Assembly: GCA_038207335.1 (NCBI GenBank)
Contig: JBBQZX010000038.1
Coordinates: 1 to 31,439, forward strand
Direction: 5' to 3'
Length of the DNA stretch: 31,439 nt
DNA from: Chthoniobacterales bacterium
Lineage (GTDB): Bacteria > Verrucomicrobiota > Verrucomicrobiia > Chthoniobacterales > Chthoniobacteraceae
Shown here: positions 29,300-31,439 of the stretch, piece by piece
Layout: every line of letters starts with the position of its first letter
How positions within the stretch are numbered: position 1 is the stretch's first letter
Notes under the pieces: model-generated
Seen by the model: the letters and a program-made list of their open reading frames with translations, nothing else
Told to the model about the DNA's origin: nothing
Databases searched by the model: none
Made by a program: the position numbers and the translations under genes

Positions 29300-30712
29300 T
29301 CACTTTCGCAAATCGTAACAGAGGATCCGCGGCTGGGCGCCGCCGCCGGGCGTGGGCGTGCTCTGGATGAGGTAGAGCAGACCACGGTGAATGGTCGGCG
29401 GAGCGAAGGTTTCCGGCGCGGAAAAAGGACGCATCTCGGCCAGCACTTCCGGGCCTTTCGGCGTGAGACGCAGGCTCATGAACTGCCCGAATTCCCCCGT
29501 GGCAAAGATGCCGTCGGCGGTCGCGAGCAGGTTGCCGCGGCCGATGTTCAGCGTGCGCCAGAGCTCTTCGCCCGACTGCAGGTCGAGGCAGAAAAGCACG
29601 GCGCTGCGCTCGTTTTTCTCGGTGATGCCGTAGAGGTAGCGTTGCTCGCGCACGAGCGGGGTCATGAACTGCACGTTGATCTTCGGCAGGGCTTTGAAGA
29701 CGGTGGGTTTAAGGTCCGCGCCCACGTCGAGGAGGACGCCGCCTTCGGTGTAGGCTTCGCTCATGAAGATGCGCGATCCGACGACTCTCGGGGTCGAGGC
29801 ATTGACGGAGGCCGGGCGCGTGGCCCGCCACGGAAAGGCGAAGTCCAGGGCGCCATCGGCGGGATCGACGCAGAGCAGTCCGCCGTGGGGCGGGATGGTC
29901 TTTCCGCCCGCGAAGACGAGCACGCGGTCCCGGCCGTGGAGTGTCGCGGAAATGGGCGAGGCGTAGCTGCCATCCCACGGCTGGCGTGTGACCCAGACAA
30001 GGCGGCCTGTCATTTTCTCGAAGGCGGCGACGGCGTAGTCGTTCTTCCCGCCGAGGTTCAAAATGAGGAGGTCGCCGTGGATCAGGGGCGCGCCACCTTT
30101 GCCGAAGAAATCGGTCTCCACGGCCATCTCGCGCCCGAGATCGCGCTCCCAGATGACGCTGCCGCTGGCGAGGTCGAAGCACTGCACCAGCGCGCGGGTG
30201 CCGATGAAATAGACGCGGTCACCATCGATGGTCGGCGGTGCCTGGGGACCTTCGGAATAGCCAAACGCCTGCCCGAAATCGATGGGCGTTTCGTGGAACC
30301 AAAAGCGTTTGCCCGTCTTCGCGTCGAGGCACTCGAGGATCTCCACTTTATCGAGCCGATGCGCCATGAGCAGTCTCCCGCGGGCAGCGACGGGCGGTGC
30401 GAAGCCTTTGCCCCGCTGCACTTCCCAGAGCAGAATCGGCTCGCTGCCTTCTTTCCATGTGGTGACGAGGCCGCTTTCCTTTGAGGTGAGATCGTAGTTC
30501 GCGCCGAGAAAATGCGGCCAGTCGTCGGTCACCGCATCGGGCGGGAGTGGCTTCGGTAAGGCATGTGAAGTGAGCCGGTCGAACGTCGCGGCTTCCGCGA
30601 TGGGCTTGCTCGGCGGGTGGACTTCCGGCGGTGCGGGATCGTTCGCGATGCGTTCCCCGCGCGCTGAAGTGAGATGAAGCGCGACGAGGAGGAGGATGCG
30701 GAGTGGTTTCAT
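29300..30712 (-). CDS. Secreted PQQ-like/BamB beta-propeller protein
   Basis: Signal peptide; DWPHFLG, GFAPP, GPQAPPT, SYASP, NASTP and FAPP motifs. Confidence 0.88.
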   Translation of the reverse strand: MKPLRILLLVALHLTSARGERIANDPAPPEVHPPSKPIAEAATFDRLTSHALPKPLPPDAVTDDWPHFLGANYDLTSKESGLVTTWKEGSEPILLWEVQRGKGFAPPVAARGRLLMAHRLDKVEILECLDAKTGKRFWFHETPIDFGQAFGYSEGPQAPPTIDGDRVYFIGTRALVQCFDLASGSVIWERDLGREMAVETDFFGKGGAPLIHGDLLILNLGGKNDYAVAAFEKMTGRLVWVTRQPWDGSYASPISATLHGRDRVLVFAGGKTIPPHGGLLCVDPADGALDFAFPWRATRPASVNASTPRVVGSRIFMSEAYTEGGVLLDVGADLKPTVFKALPKINVQFMTPLVREQRYLYGITEKNERSAVLFCLDLQSGEELWRTLNIGRGNLLATADGIFATGEFGQFMSLRLTPKGPEVLAEMRPFSAPETFAPPTIHRGLLYLIQSTPTPGGGAQPRILCYDLRK

Positions 30713-30813
30713 GACAAAGCGAAGTGTAACGGTTCGTCGGGCCGAGCGGACTGGCTTTTATTGGCGGACATATCCCTCCCCCGGACCAAGACGGAAGAAC
30801 GATGAGCAAAGCC

Positions 30814-30847
30814 CGCCTGCCGGCCTCGTCCGTGAGGCCGGCAGGCG
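30814..30847. terminator. Perfect 14-bp hairpin downstream of katG
   Basis: CGCCTGCCGGCCTC-gtccgt-GAGGCCGGCAGGCG, with a short U-tract on the minus strand. Confidence 0.6.
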
Positions 30848-30864
30848 TTCGAGGCGTTCGGAGT

Positions 30865-31439
<575 letters not shown>

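Noticed and set aside
21750..30712. Two PQQ-like propellers as a dedicated system or BamB
   Set aside because: Such proteins are highly expanded in PVC genomes, the two are divergent and unlinked, and neither has a lipobox or bam context.

Overview
GC-rich bacterial chromosomal window. Gene content (receptor Ser/Thr kinase, ThuA, PQQ-like propellers, PVC-type topB and parE sequences) suggests Verrucomicrobiota, possibly Chthoniobacterales-like; this is an inference. The left ~18.9 kb is mostly core or ordinary genes: a lectin-tipped receptor kinase, ThuA-like protein, mobA/MOSC, small Pro-rich membrane proteins, a PG-binding protein, M16 peptidase, ispD, mscL, iscA, dusB, an orphan dltD homolog, topB, msrB, and a TPP riboswitch with thiC. 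The right ~12 kb is a mosaic accessory zone. It contains two related ABC-ATPase-TOPRIM fusion genes (fused PARIS/OLD-like defence candidates; one doubly frameshifted, one directly behind a vapBC pair), four alternating ~100-nt three-hairpin REP-like elements with compensatory base changes upstream of a truncated IS200/RAYT-like HUH transposase, two decayed direct copies of a tiny ORF bracketing a VOC gene, and an orphan 3' fragment of parE. It also carries adh, xth, two PQQ-type propellers and the 3' end of katG. All calls are from manual motif reading; no searches were run.
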